64,000 bases of DNA from a virus, in IMG/VR virus record IMGVR_UViG_3300025288_000012, positions 1-64,000 of that record; one strand, written 5' to 3'. The notes beneath the pieces are model-generated. The model searched no databases. It was not told the DNA's origin and worked only from the letters and a program-made list of their open reading frames with translations. This document shows, piece by piece, positions 36,901-45,977 of the stretch. Both the position numbers and the translations under genes were made by a program. Numbering within the stretch: the stretch's first letter is position 1; every line of letters begins with the position of its first letter.

Positions 36901-39900
36901 AACACAATGACTTTACCTTGGGGCTCGGGCTTCCAACGTGGATCCTTGGCCGGGTCGATGTGAGATTCGTACTCTAACTCGTAGTCGTCGAGCGTCAACA
37001 CTTTTCCTGGGACACCCATGAGTACATAACGCTCACCGTTAGAGTCAGCGAGATCTTTCAGCTTGTACTTCTTGCCTTTAACCCAAGGATACTTGTCGAA
37101 GTTCCTACGAATACGCTCTATGCACTTCTGCACTTTGTTGCTAACGAAGTTGTCTTTCGCCATACCACCGAAGTACACTTCACCGAAGGGGTCACCTACA
37201 GGATCGGTAAGTAGCTGCTCAAGGCGGGCCAAGTACGGCTCCAGCTTAGACTCAAGGTCTGCGAGTGTAGCGTCATCCAGATCGTTGTCTGTAGGCAACA
37301 CCTGCGGTGCACCATCGTCATCCTCGTCGTCATCATCTTCAGAATGGCCTTGCAGAAGTGCCATTACATCCTTATCCTGCTTGATCTCCTCCAGAGTTTC
37401 CTTAAGGATAGCGTCGTACATCATCTGGTGAACAAGTCCACCTTCAGCGTCGGACTTCTCCATACGAACAGGAATGAAGGTCTCAATAGGACGGGGTAAC
37501 ATGAACGCCCATTCCTTACGCTTGGCAGTAATGACAGCCGCATGTTTTGAAAGCTGTGCTCTTGCAAGTTCAGGAGTGTTGGGCTTCCAGGTCATGACCT
37601 GGAACGTGCCGAGCTGTTCACTATTCTCTGCCTCGTACTCTTCAGCAGTACGGAAAATCTGAGCATTGAACAACGCAGCCTGACCAACAACGTCAGTCAA
37701 ACGGTCCTTAATCAAGGTACCTGTTGCAAGACGCACGTACTTTACGGTGCTAGCTACCATCACCTGACGCAAAGCCTTGTGCACGCCCGAGTTAACGTTC
37801 TTACCACGATGGGATTCGTCAAGCGCAATGTACTCGAATCCGAACTTACGGGCGAACTCAAGAACAGCAGACACGCTCTCAACGTGGTTACCAATAACGA
37901 TTGGATACTTGTCAAGTTTAAGCACTGACGTACTCATAACGATGATGGTGTTGCGCGGAGCTTCCTTAATGAGCTTCGTCAAACGCTCGTCACCCCAAGT
38001 ACGGTACACAGCAGTAGTGATTGGGATTACGTTCCACTTGCCTTCAGTGACCTTATGAAGGTCTTCCACCCAGTTACGGACCAGTCCATTAGGTGCAAAG
38101 ATGCAAGGCGGACCTTTGATAAGGCCCTTGCCGACGATTCCTGCTGCATCTGCCAGAAGCAAAATGGTGTTATGCCCATAAACACCTCCCACGGAATAAG
38201 AGTGAGGGCCAGGGACACTAAGGTCGTAAACATCCTCAGGTGAATCCTCCTTAGAAGACTTTACAAACACCCAGTACTTGGAGAGTAGTGTATTCAGGGT
38301 CTCAAGAATACACTTGACCCTTGGGCTCTTCAGCAATTGACTCCTTATCATCGGTTCAAGCGCTTCTATAGCTCGTACCAGGCGAATTACTGAATAACGG
38401 TTAGTCGCTCCGTGTGGGTATTTAGCGGGCGCTAAGTTCCGGCCCATGCCACTATCTCGAAGTAGCTTTTGAACAGACCAGGTCTCAGTCCGACCACCAC
38501 TGCCCCGCGTATTAGTTGGTACGTCGTACTCAAATTGAGCTAAAGTATCCTCAAGGTGCCCTACAAGTTCGCAGGTAAGGGCATGAGCTGGAAGCTTATT
38601 CCACTTACCACCAACCTCCATATTGGTAGTTTGCTTGGCCTCATAGCTGGACCAGTTCGTTTTTGCGGCTGCACTTTGCAGTTTACTATGTTTCTCTTCA
38701 CTTAAGAAGCCAATGCACTCTGCAAACTTTGGGATGTCTTTCCAGTCTACACCGAGAGTGTGAACTCGCTTGGGGTGGTCATGGTTATTGGAGTAGTACT
38801 TGTCACCTATGCCCATTGTAACAGGTATGCCCATGTTCTCCATCATTAACTTGACCTGCGTGGCGAGCGCGGCACTTATGGTACTGTACTGTATACGCCA
38901 GATTCTTCTCTGGTTAGCCCCAGTGCTACCGTGCCATATTGAGCCGTCACCCTCCCACAGTGATCTAAGGAATGCAATTTGGTACCGTTTAGGGGCAGCG
39001 CGTATACAACGAGGAACCTCCTTGAAGGAGGACGTGCCCAACACTAGCTCACGCCTGAGAAACTCAATTACGTCGGTGAAACTTCTAGCTACACCAACAC
39101 TTGTTCTACGGCTATCTATCTGGTGATAGGAACCAGGACCGAATACAGACTCGAACTTCGCTATGTAGCGTTCGCGATTTGCTGTATGGTGTTGCTCAAA
39201 GCTTATGGTTTCGGCATCAGCAGGTGTGTAGCCCTCTGCTACCAACCATCCGAACACCTCGGCCATGTCCTCTGAAAGTTTAATAGACCGATTGCCAAGT
39301 GCTAGAGTAGGAGTTCTAGTTGCATAAACTTCGTCACCTATGGCCTTAGAAATCCACATGCCCTTTCTTAAGTCATTAAGCTGAATAAACTCTTCATCAA
39401 GCGACCCACTTTCAAGTGCCCACAATTTATGTTCGGGCAGGCCTTGTATAGAGGAACCGTCTGAAAGCACGACCTTGCGAGTTCTCCCAGCTGACTTGAA
39501 TGCTTTAGTTGCTTGGACTACCGTTCTTTCATGTGATACTACCTCTACTTGATCTAAGCTCTGGAAACCGTTTCTTAGTGAATTTGGGTCGGACTGATCC
39601 CACAACTCTGAAAGCTTCAAGAGTCCACTTGTGGTTGGTACTAAATGGTCACCGGTAAGGCACTTGCCACCACCTGGGGCGACGTCCAGTACTGCGTAAC
39701 GAGGATGGTTCTGAAGGTATTGGTGCACCTTCAATTGGTGCGGGAATACCTGAAAGCCGCTCTTTGAACCAGGCATCACAATGTCGCTAGCAGTGATACT
39801 CTGATTACGCTGATTGGATTCCTCCAGTTCGTTTGCCTTTTCTATAATGGTGCTACTGTTAACTGTGTACTTGCCCAGTATAACGATTGCAGGCATTACT

Positions 39901-42173
39901 TCCTTGACCAACGCTTGAAAGTCCGGCAAGGTGAACATGTTGCTGGGGTTGATAACGAGGAACTCTTTACGAGGAACTTCCAGAATGTGTTCGCACAACT
40001 TCTGGAAGATACGACCACCCAAGTAGGAGTAGACGTTTTTGAACTCGCCTAGAGAGAAGAACTCCGGATTGAAGTAGTGTTCATTGTCCTTAACGTCACC
40101 ACCATCCTTCAAAGCTTCTCGAGCAAGATTGGTACCAGGGGCACCGGAGGAGTCACGAATAGCTGCACCCAGAAGGGTAAACAGTGCCCTTGTCTGAGCC
40201 TCGATTTGATCTGCGCTCAGTATCTGGTTAAACTCAGGCTTCACACCCAAAGTGTTATCCATTATGGCGCGGTAGATATTAACGTCATAAGGAGCAGCCT
40301 CAAGGTCAAGAGTCTTAAGATTCAAGTCCTTCGCAGCAGCAAGTACAAGGTCTTGCAAAACTGGGACTTTCTTCTCAGCCAGCAGGTAACGGTACAGCCT
40401 GTGGACACCCACAAAGATTGTAGTCTTCAACATCGCAAGCGCAGGCCCACCCTTACCGAAGCTAGCCTCAGTAATCTTACCCGATCGGTTTCCACCATCA
40501 CTAACGGCCATTGAGGTGTTGAAGAGAATAGCCATGGATTCAGCAAAAGGCTTACGCAGGTAATCTGCAATGCTGAGGTCATTGGGTACAGCGGAGCCAG
40601 CCAAGCTGTACGAAACAAGTCGTTCCGGATCAGTGGAAGCACTTGTAAGGATGACGTTGTAGTCCCAGCTGAAAGTCTGCATGGAACCAGCATAGGCGGA
40701 GATCTTTGTTTTTATATCCTTGATCTTCTCCTTGTACGCAGGAGAGCCCACGCCAAACACCTTGGCAGTTTCACCGATCTGACTGGCGTTTAAAGGTGTA
40801 CCCGCATCGTAGGACAGACGCAGGGCTTCTTCGAGAAGAGCCTCGTAGTTCTTTGCGTTGTCCAACGCCAGTTCAGTTGAAGGAGGACACCAGTTGAAGC
40901 GACCTTTGTCAGAGATAAAGATTCCATCCTCATTGTTACGACCAGGCTCAGAGAAGAATCCCAATGCCTTGCGACGTTCAATCAGCATGGACGTCTGGCT
41001 TGCACTGAGAACGTAACGAGGTGCATTGTAGGCATTTACCCTATCGCCGCCCTTTGTTTTCTGGCGCGGAACCTTCATCAAGGCGCTAGTCCAGATGCTG
41101 ACCCAGGTGTTTAGTGGCACCAGAGGAATTTCTGCTGAGGGAGGAGTCTGCGTTATGAACGAGGCGAAGACTTTCGGTATCGAGAGGTAGAAACTGAATC
41201 CAAGATTTGAGTTGAATGCCAAGCCGTACTTCGAGAGCGTGGAGGTTTGCTCCGTCAGTTCGGGAGGCGTGGGCGACTTGCCCATGTAGTCAACAGAGCT
41301 CTTTTCAGCTTCTTGGACGACTAAGAGGTTCAGGTACTTTTGTAAGCCTTGCACCATAACCGGATCGGGCTTGGGCGGGTGAACATCACCGAACAGGTCA
41401 ATATTCGGGATGAAGGTACTTGCAAGCTCATTGAGACGCGTAAGGAACGCGCTCATGTCGTAGGACAAAGGCAGCTTGTTCAGCTTACGCTTGTGCGAAG
41501 ATCCATATGCCGCTGGTTCACCCGCGAATTCTTTGTTAATGGCTTGCGCGAGTGCATGGGCCATCTTGAATTCTTGTTTCTCGAACGTGCTGAACGTGCC
41601 TGGACGAGACATTTCCTCATGCTGGTAGCTTGTAGTGTAAGTGGGGAATTCATCAACTTTCAGAGCTGCCTTCATGCAAGTACCTGGAAGTCCACTGAAC
41701 AGTATGTCAAAGCCGACCTTTGAAGGAACGATTACATGCTTGCCCCTTATGCCTTCAAGGTAGTTCTTCACCATAAGAGTTTGAGCACCTTGGTCATTTG
41801 CCGCAACCACTAGACGAGCAAATTTCGCGGCTGCAGTACGCACTAATGTGGCCTCGTCGTAAAAAGTGGCTTCAAGGGCTATGGTGGTTATGTGGGCACG
41901 AACAGCTGCAAAAAAGGAAGTGAGCTTCGCCATGTAGACGGCAAGCTCATAGTAGTGTTTGTAGCTAGTGACGAAGCCTTTAGGTTGACGACGTTTGGGG
42001 AAAAATGTGTTTACATACTCGTCAAAGTCTTCATCCTTCATCTGAACTGGGAGTAACGCCTCCGCAGATGAGGCTGCGGCAGCAACGAATATGGATTCGT
42101 CCCTTCCTACAGGATTCAAGTTCAAGGTCAGCAGCATTATAGTGCTCCGTTGGTTGCGATAATTTTTAGCCAC
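33912..42173 (-). CDS. Giant SNF2-like helicase/ATPase (2753 aa; ~1858 aa after removing two inteins)
   Basis: APGGGK|T, ALDESH, LATGT, KVIVFCRY, SEGHNLQ|C, PWSPGELDQSSSRIFR. Confidence 0.88.
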   Translation of the reverse strand: MAKNYRNQRSTIMLLTLNLNPVGRDESIFVAAAASSAEALLPVQMKDEDFDEYVNTFFPKRRQPKGFVTSYKHYYELAVYMAKLTSFFAAVRAHITTIALEATFYDEATLVRTAAAKFARLVVAANDQGAQTLMVKNYLEGIRGKHVIVPSKVGFDILFSGLPGTCMKAALKVDEFPTYTTSYQHEEMSRPGTFSTFEKQEFKMAHALAQAINKEFAGEPAAYGSSHKRKLNKLPLSYDMSAFLTRLNELASTFIPNIDLFGDVHPPKPDPVMVQGLQKYLNLLVVQEAEKSSVDYMGKSPTPPELTEQTSTLSKYGLAFNSNLGFSFYLSIPKVFASFITQTPPSAEIPLVPLNTWVSIWTSALMKVPRQKTKGGDRVNAYNAPRYVLSASQTSMLIERRKALGFFSEPGRNNEDGIFISDKGRFNWCPPSTELALDNAKNYEALLEEALRLSYDAGTPLNASQIGETAKVFGVGSPAYKEKIKDIKTKISAYAGSMQTFSWDYNVILTSASTDPERLVSYSLAGSAVPNDLSIADYLRKPFAESMAILFNTSMAVSDGGNRSGKITEASFGKGGPALAMLKTTIFVGVHRLYRYLLAEKKVPVLQDLVLAAAKDLNLKTLDLEAAPYDVNIYRAIMDNTLGVKPEFNQILSADQIEAQTRALFTLLGAAIRDSSGAPGTNLAREALKDGGDVKDNEHYFNPEFFSLGEFKNVYSYLGGRIFQKLCEHILEVPRKEFLVINPSNMFTLPDFQALVKEVMPAIVILGKYTVNSSTIIEKANELEESNQRNQSITASDIVMPGSKSGFQVFPHQLKVHQYLQNHPRYAVLDVAPGGGKCLTGDHLVPTTSGLLKLSELWDQSDPNSLRNGFQSLDQVEVVSHERTVVQATKAFKSAGRTRKVVLSDGSSIQGLPEHKLWALESGSLDEEFIQLNDLRKGMWISKAIGDEVYATRTPTLALGNRSIKLSEDMAEVFGWLVAEGYTPADAETISFEQHHTANRERYIAKFESVFGPGSYHQIDSRRTSVGVARSFTDVIEFLRRELVLGTSSFKEVPRCIRAAPKRYQIAFLRSLWEGDGSIWHGSTGANQRRIWRIQYSTISAALATQVKLMMENMGIPVTMGIGDKYYSNNHDHPKRVHTLGVDWKDIPKFAECIGFLSEEKHSKLQSAAAKTNWSSYEAKQTTNMEVGGKWNKLPAHALTCELVGHLEDTLAQFEYDVPTNTRGSGGRTETWSVQKLLRDSGMGRNLAPAKYPHGATNRYSVIRLVRAIEALEPMIRSQLLKSPRVKCILETLNTLLSKYWVFVKSSKEDSPEDVYDLSVPGPHSYSVGGVYGHNTILLLADAAGIVGKGLIKGPPCIFAPNGLVRNWVEDLHKVTEGKWNVIPITTAVYRTWGDERLTKLIKEAPRNTIIVMSTSVLKLDKYPIVIGNHVESVSAVLEFARKFGFEYIALDESHRGKNVNSGVHKALRQVMVASTVKYVRLATGTLIKDRLTDVVGQAALFNAQIFRTAEEYEAENSEQLGTFQVMTWKPNTPELARAQLSKHAAVITAKRKEWAFMLPRPIETFIPVRMEKSDAEGGLVHQMMYDAILKETLEEIKQDKDVMALLQGHSEDDDDEDDDGAPQVLPTDNDLDDATLADLESKLEPYLARLEQLLTDPVGDPFGEVYFGGMAKDNFVSNKVQKCIERIRRNFDKYPWVKGKKYKLKDLADSNGERYVLMGVPGKVLTLDDYELEYESHIDPAKDPRWKPEPQGKVIVFCRYTRTVNAVYKALPPDLKKIAIKFHGEVKNKMEGFDRFKTSPFSLTKDPQILIANEQSISEGHNLQCFPAQTQVMIDYRKSMSIGEIYANPEITHVLSYNLETRKIEKRKIYGKLRHKVKPKDVYLNVRVEDNRTGEASPLLLTEEHPVFLKDGSEIEARDLKVGDQLITYGGKFSPFNSCPETLSKSLKKFYSSPEGRSSIEEKLTRYYEDLDAQEQMSATRTEVNARPEVKRKISKSLRKHWAKPGMRDLHSARLQAALSTPEARQRKSAATAWCHANIPGYTEAGVGAMLLAQGTLLNIPESNVIDLGIKGLAYTGDGDYWVTLTMGGRTVNKNPDFVSLNHLNSKGRTYKVVEVIGARAYRDKKYDRELIKAYAKVGIECLIVDADSCYHEATLADTRARLESFINNHYLTVTSITFGKSKKLIGDYKYDLNVKGNHNFFACAGSNDRHNTLIPVLVHNCASRIIRMESPWSPGELDQSSSRIFRPDPSKKFSRENVYLDWIICNGSLEVAKMGRLISKMLIKTQFDEAGNPLYAAIAEQQLPLIRMNLDTIASVPVISDIQEYIEAYANLVHIQAAEFEDMRQSGPSTMLDVPPTPMFKEARILEQVPYVPNLEVPDRHDFGLLRLNEYLQDTEDPAVQAILKDRKNLIGSYVHTEFGNGVISRVGLSRPPKVEGISDNELEAARRITRVDVQLANGDTYSGAATMIFLATNVTKDNVKDFGPTTKLATKRDKALAERARKALERQEAREAKKAAAAAAKTILGLGKKKRAPKPEPEEDEEEQNLNIELFPVVYNGFLALEGSPEDPEFDIKSYGFKQFGDYAYTIVKDQKSFEALLDYLDAKFSISTPIFRRLESLQDSFQSGKGRKFAVELAPVAEFKNFYLLRHKLSGKDAKGRPELKIYPVILNGSLMLTVDIATNPSIKRHLNKVIPGTRSLKFAEASGLNIKFFNARSELVSFVRSMRAEGVVVTNFAELKQELADLKTTQRI
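35508..36698 (-). mobile_element. Intein (397 aa) in helicase motif V region with NUMOD3-like repeats and a PD-(D/E)XK-type nuclease
   Basis: Q|CFPAQT, LTEEH (block B), PEVKRKISKS-type repeats, KNPDF...VVEVIG, YDLNVKGNHNFFAC...LVHN|C. Confidence 0.88.
38169..39662 (-). mobile_element. Intein (498 aa) with LAGLIDADG endonuclease in SNF2 Walker A
   Basis: GK|CLTGDH, GLPEH, FGWLVAEG and FLRSLWEGDG blocks, VYDLSV...GHN|T. Confidence 0.92.
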
Positions 42174-42562
42174 ACGTCGTTAGGTTCGAGGTTCCGTCGA
42201 GCACAATCATTTACCAAGCTAGTCGCTATAACTAGCCTTACATTTTTCGGCTTGTCCAGGAAATACTCCGAGGAGTAGAACTTGTTTATGAACGGTACAG
42301 TTAGCTGGGACAACGAATACTCAAAAGAAGACCTGAACATAGACAGTTCCTCTTCAGTATACACCGCGTCTTCCTTTGACTCCGGGGACTGAAGTATTAA
42401 GATCTGTTGGTTAAGTCGAAGTATCTCTTGTCTCAAGCTCTCTACCAAGTTAGAGTCAACGTTGCCTTCCGACAACGATACCAGCAGACGAGTTGAAATA
42501 ACGTTTGCAGCAGCAGAAGTTTGAGCTAGTTCATGGATAATGTGGCGGAGTCTAGAGGGCAT
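42137..42562 (-). CDS. Hypothetical protein
   Basis: AAGGA SD; contains LLVSLS near the N-terminus. Confidence 0.55.
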   Translation of the reverse strand: MPSRLRHIIHELAQTSAAANVISTRLLVSLSEGNVDSNLVESLRQEILRLNQQILILQSPESKEDAVYTEEELSMFRSSFEYSLSQLTVPFINKFYSSEYFLDKPKNVRLVIATSLVNDCARRNLEPNDVWLKIIATNGAL

Positions 42563-42583
42563 GTTAGTGATTTCCTTGAATTT

Positions 42584-43384
42584 TTACAGTTTGTCAGAAG
42601 TTTTTAAGGCTTTCCAGGTCTTGGCGAGATAGGTTTTCGCTTCGTCAGGCTTACCCAGTGCGATAAACTTGCCTAGATACACTACTACCTTAAGGACAAC
42701 AGCATCACGGGAACGTCGGACTGACACTACGTATGACTTTGTCTTAGTCAGAACTAGCCATCCCCAGTCTTGAGGTTCTTTCTGCTCCAGACTACTTGAG
42801 GTAGGCAACACCGATTTACCCTTTACCGTCTTGTCCTGCAACTGCACAGGTAGCTTTCCAGAAAATCCAGTAAGCCTAGACAGAGCCTGTTCTAGCTGAA
42901 CTTTTACTTTAGGCTGGAGAGTTGAGTAGCTCGTTACCTGGTATAGCTTGCCGGTGTCAGCCACACTGACTACGATGCGTTTACGCGTAAAGACAGATTG
43001 GAAGTTGTACCTTCTCACTACCTTATCGGATTCGAGTACCAACTGGGATAGTTGCTCAGTAACAAGCCGCTTGTAGACTTTATCGGGATTGAGTGCGGTC
43101 TTCGTTACTGGGTCAGCTACTTTACGCGCAAAAGGGTTAACCCTATTGTAGCGCATGTACCTGATAAACTCCAGTATAGTGTAGAGTAGCCTTGAGTCTG
43201 CATCAGGAGCAGCGAAGTCGGATTCTTCGATAAAGGTCCTCCACTCGGCCTCGTACTTCGGATTGAAGACTATAGGAAGTGTAACCTTGCTGGTATTAGT
43301 AACACCGAATGTCTGCAGCAACTTTTTTACTGAGTCTGCAGAGCTTCTAGAAATCAAACGGTGAGTTACACTTAACGCGTCCAT
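42584..43384 (-). CDS. Hypothetical protein
   Basis: 266-aa ORF in operon. Confidence 0.6.
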   Translation of the reverse strand: MDALSVTHRLISRSSADSVKKLLQTFGVTNTSKVTLPIVFNPKYEAEWRTFIEESDFAAPDADSRLLYTILEFIRYMRYNRVNPFARKVADPVTKTALNPDKVYKRLVTEQLSQLVLESDKVVRRYNFQSVFTRKRIVVSVADTGKLYQVTSYSTLQPKVKVQLEQALSRLTGFSGKLPVQLQDKTVKGKSVLPTSSSLEQKEPQDWGWLVLTKTKSYVVSVRRSRDAVVLKVVVYLGKFIALGKPDEAKTYLAKTWKALKTSDKL

Positions 43385-43385
43385 G

Positions 43386-43895
43386 TCAATCCTTCAGGTC
43401 AGAAACAGTCTCTTGGTGAAACTGGCAGGACGCCGGCTTAGCTGCAAGTCTCCTGTTAATTGAACTTATGCGGTTCGTAAGCTGTGGAGTCTCGTCAATG
43501 TCTGTCCACAAGGTTACATGCAGCATCAGATCATCGTAGGAATGCTTGGCACCACGACCAATCCACACCTTATGACGTTTCTGTAGTGCGTCCGATTGTA
43601 GCTTCGCGGTCAGGTACTTCTTGTCGTCAGAGCCCCTGAAGATTTCAACTTCATTCAGCTGGGCGTCGTACTTCTTGGCAGGGTCGGTCTCAACAGAATT
43701 CGGAGTAGCGTCCTTGCTGTACAAGACCGTTATGTGGAACTTTGAAGGGTCGGGCTTTACACCCAAGGCTTCAGCCAGTGAGGACAATAGGGCGGCCGTA
43801 GCCTTCGTGGGAATAACCGACACATACGCACCATTGCCGCCTGTGAAAGGCAGCATCTCAAGTGTCGGAGAACTTAGAGAGACCATGACTTTCAT
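43386..43895 (-). CDS. acb1: Acb1-like (T4 gp57B) 2H phosphoesterase, putative anti-CBASS nuclease
   Basis: GAYVSV, FHITVLYSK and GAKHSYDDLMLHVTL: two HxT motifs in the T4 57B layout. Confidence 0.8.
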   Translation of the reverse strand: MKVMVSLSSPTLEMLPFTGGNGAYVSVIPTKATAALLSSLAEALGVKPDPSKFHITVLYSKDATPNSVETDPAKKYDAQLNEVEIFRGSDDKKYLTAKLQSDALQKRHKVWIGRGAKHSYDDLMLHVTLWTDIDETPQLTNRISSINRRLAAKPASCQFHQETVSDLKD

Positions 43896-44317
43896 TTTAG
43901 TGCCTCGGACGAGAAGCGGAGCAGCTCAAGGTTTGTGTTCAAGGTAAACGTCTTGAAAGGTATCGCAATCATGCGGGCGAAATGTTCCGGGTCAGCCTTT
44001 GACCACTCGTGGTACTTGTCACCACGTTTTTCCATTTCGCGGAACAACACCTTCGCAGTACCAAGCACACCCTCAAACTTGGCCATGTTACGCGTACCAC
44101 GCAGCGTAACGATAGTGTTCTTAGACTTGGCCTCAAGCCTAGGAGTAGCGATACGGATCAAGAAATCCGTCATACCAGGACGAATACGGGCTAGTTCAAT
44201 GCGAAGATAGGACAGCAACGGGCTGCCACTTTCACTTAGAAAGGAGTCGGTAGATTCGCTGTACTGGAGATACGGGCAAGGCTCGTGGTTGGGTTCGTTG
44301 TGAATGCGCGGTTCCAT
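43892..44317 (-). CDS. Hypothetical protein
   Basis: GGAG SD; coupled to acb1. Confidence 0.55.
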   Translation of the reverse strand: MEPRIHNEPNHEPCPYLQYSESTDSFLSESGSPLLSYLRIELARIRPGMTDFLIRIATPRLEAKSKNTIVTLRGTRNMAKFEGVLGTAKVLFREMEKRGDKYHEWSKADPEHFARMIAIPFKTFTLNTNLELLRFSSEALK

Positions 44318-44327
44318 ATCAACTCCA

Positions 44328-44837
44328 TTAGGTGAAAAGTGGTTTGAACTTATGAGTGTCTATGTCAACACTGCGTGACGGTGCGAACTCACCGTAAAGT
44401 CTCTTAGGCATATCTGAAGCGCCAAGGTAACGTACCTTGAAACTAGGTGTGTACTTCTCACCTTCTTCAAACTTGTATCTCGAGTATCCACCGAAGGCTG
44501 CCTGAACAGCAACTATCATACTGGTGCCACCTTCGGTCAGTAAAGCTTGGGCCCGGTGTCGACCTTCGTGTTCTTGGATCTGTCCTATTTTTACAGGACT
44601 ACCGAACCTAACGGTGTCGAAGCTGACCTTAATGGTTGGGATCTGAGAACTTCCAGACGTAGCCCATTTATTGTATTCATCAAGTGTCTTTGCACTGTTC
44701 TGTATTTCGTCCAGGGCTGCGGAACTATTCGTAGTAAGGTAAAGGAAGTCTTTCGGGTGGATGAAAATTAGTCCGCAGCACTTGTTACCTCGCGCGAGTT
44801 CTAACATCTTCCGAGTTATGACTAGGAACTTTTTCAC
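44328..44837 (-). CDS. ParB/Srx N-terminal-like domain protein
   Basis: IPTIKV...QIQEHEGRHRAQAL resembles the IxDGxHR ParB-N motif. Confidence 0.5.
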   Translation of the reverse strand: MKKFLVITRKMLELARGNKCCGLIFIHPKDFLYLTTNSSAALDEIQNSAKTLDEYNKWATSGSSQIPTIKVSFDTVRFGSPVKIGQIQEHEGRHRAQALLTEGGTSMIVAVQAAFGGYSRYKFEEGEKYTPSFKVRYLGASDMPKRLYGEFAPSRSVDIDTHKFKPLFT

Positions 44838-45184
44838 GACAGACTCTTCAGCACATCAAGATGCTTCTTCAGCATGGCAGGTAGTTGGTTGACAAACAGA
44901 GCTTCATCCGTGAAGGATACTCCGTCTGACAGATACACCTTGGACTCAGTCTCAAAGAAAAAGACCCTTAAAGGAATAGTTTCAGCCTTCGTGCTTATAG
45001 GCAGACTGAAGCGAGTAGCAAAAAAGTTCTTCCCAGTCTTGTAGTCCTTGTAATTCACATAAGCTACCTGAATTCTACTTCTTGGTATGCCTAGTAAGCC
45101 AGCAAGCAGAGCCAGCAAGACTGTTGAGTGAGCTGAAGATTTCGTCATCTTAGGTGCGAATGAAGGGGTTGCTTGCTGTGACAA
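44834..45184 (-). CDS. Hypothetical protein
   Basis: ORF; true start may be the internal ATG (MTKSSAH). Confidence 0.5.
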   Translation of the reverse strand: MSQQATPSFAPKMTKSSAHSTVLLALLAGLLGIPRSRIQVAYVNYKDYKTGKNFFATRFSLPISTKAETIPLRVFFFETESKVYLSDGVSFTDEALFVNQLPAMLKKHLDVLKSLS

Positions 45185-45414
45185 TTAACGCAGAGTGTTT
45201 TTAGATTGTACGACACTGTGCGACCTCCTCTGCTTACTGGTACTATGTGATGCACCTCAAGCCTAACCAAACGTCTAGGGGTTCCACACTTCGTGCATCG
45301 GTACCCGTCTCGCTTCATCACTGCCTCGCTTATTGCAGGCCAGTTGGTCGTGTAAGCAGTTGTGCGAGTCCTACGGATTTTCGATACGAGTTTAGGCTTG
45401 GTGTAGAGTCTCAT
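45145..45414 (+). CDS. HNH endonuclease
   Basis: RDGYRCTKCG...LEVHHIVPVSRGG...NLKTLCVNCH. Confidence 0.88.
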
Positions 45415-45707
45415 AGCTTGAAGGTTATGTCACTCAATCCGGTTATGTCTATCAATCCTTTTGCGAAGGCATCTCGAAGTTCAAGAATCTCCTTCTCGGT
45501 AAGTTTACGATAGAAGGTCCACTTGTCTCTAGTGTAGCGTACGGCACCTTGGAGCTTGTTGGTCCTAGAGTCGTAAACGTAAGCCTGATTGTGTCGTGGA
45601 ATATCGACCCTACGACCACGGCTTACTAAGTACACACCATGATCTTCTACCCACTTGCGGAGGGGTTTCGTTATTTCATCTATGTCGTTAGGGATCATAA
45701 TAATCAA
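45411..45707 (-). CDS. Hypothetical protein
   Basis: ORF in operon. Confidence 0.5.
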   Translation of the reverse strand: MIIMIPNDIDEITKPLRKWVEDHGVYLVSRGRRVDIPRHNQAYVYDSRTNKLQGAVRYTRDKWTFYRKLTEKEILELRDAFAKGLIDITGLSDITFKL

Positions 45708-45977
45708 TTACGGCTTCAGCGTTAGTACGAAGGGCTCGGACTTGCCCGCAAAACGACTTGCAACCATCTTGGTGGAAGCAGGAAGAACACGCATCAGTTT
45801 CTTCATTATAGCCAGGAGCATGGTCATGGCGAAGCCAGCCTCAACCTTGAAGGTAAGTTTCAGATTGTCGCCCTCGGCCTCTACTTCCAGGAGAGTGATG
45901 CCAGGCAGAAAGACACCCTTCATTTCTTCAAAGAGCTTGAGGTAGTCTTCACCAGATATTGAGATATTGAGTTTCAT
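45708..45977 (-). CDS. Small protein with MKLNISIS N-terminal tag
   Basis: ORF coupled to the upstream gene. Confidence 0.6.
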   Translation of the reverse strand: MKLNISISGEDYLKLFEEMKGVFLPGITLLEVEAEGDNLKLTFKVEAGFAMTMLLAIMKKLMRVLPASTKMVASRFAGKSEPFVLTLKP

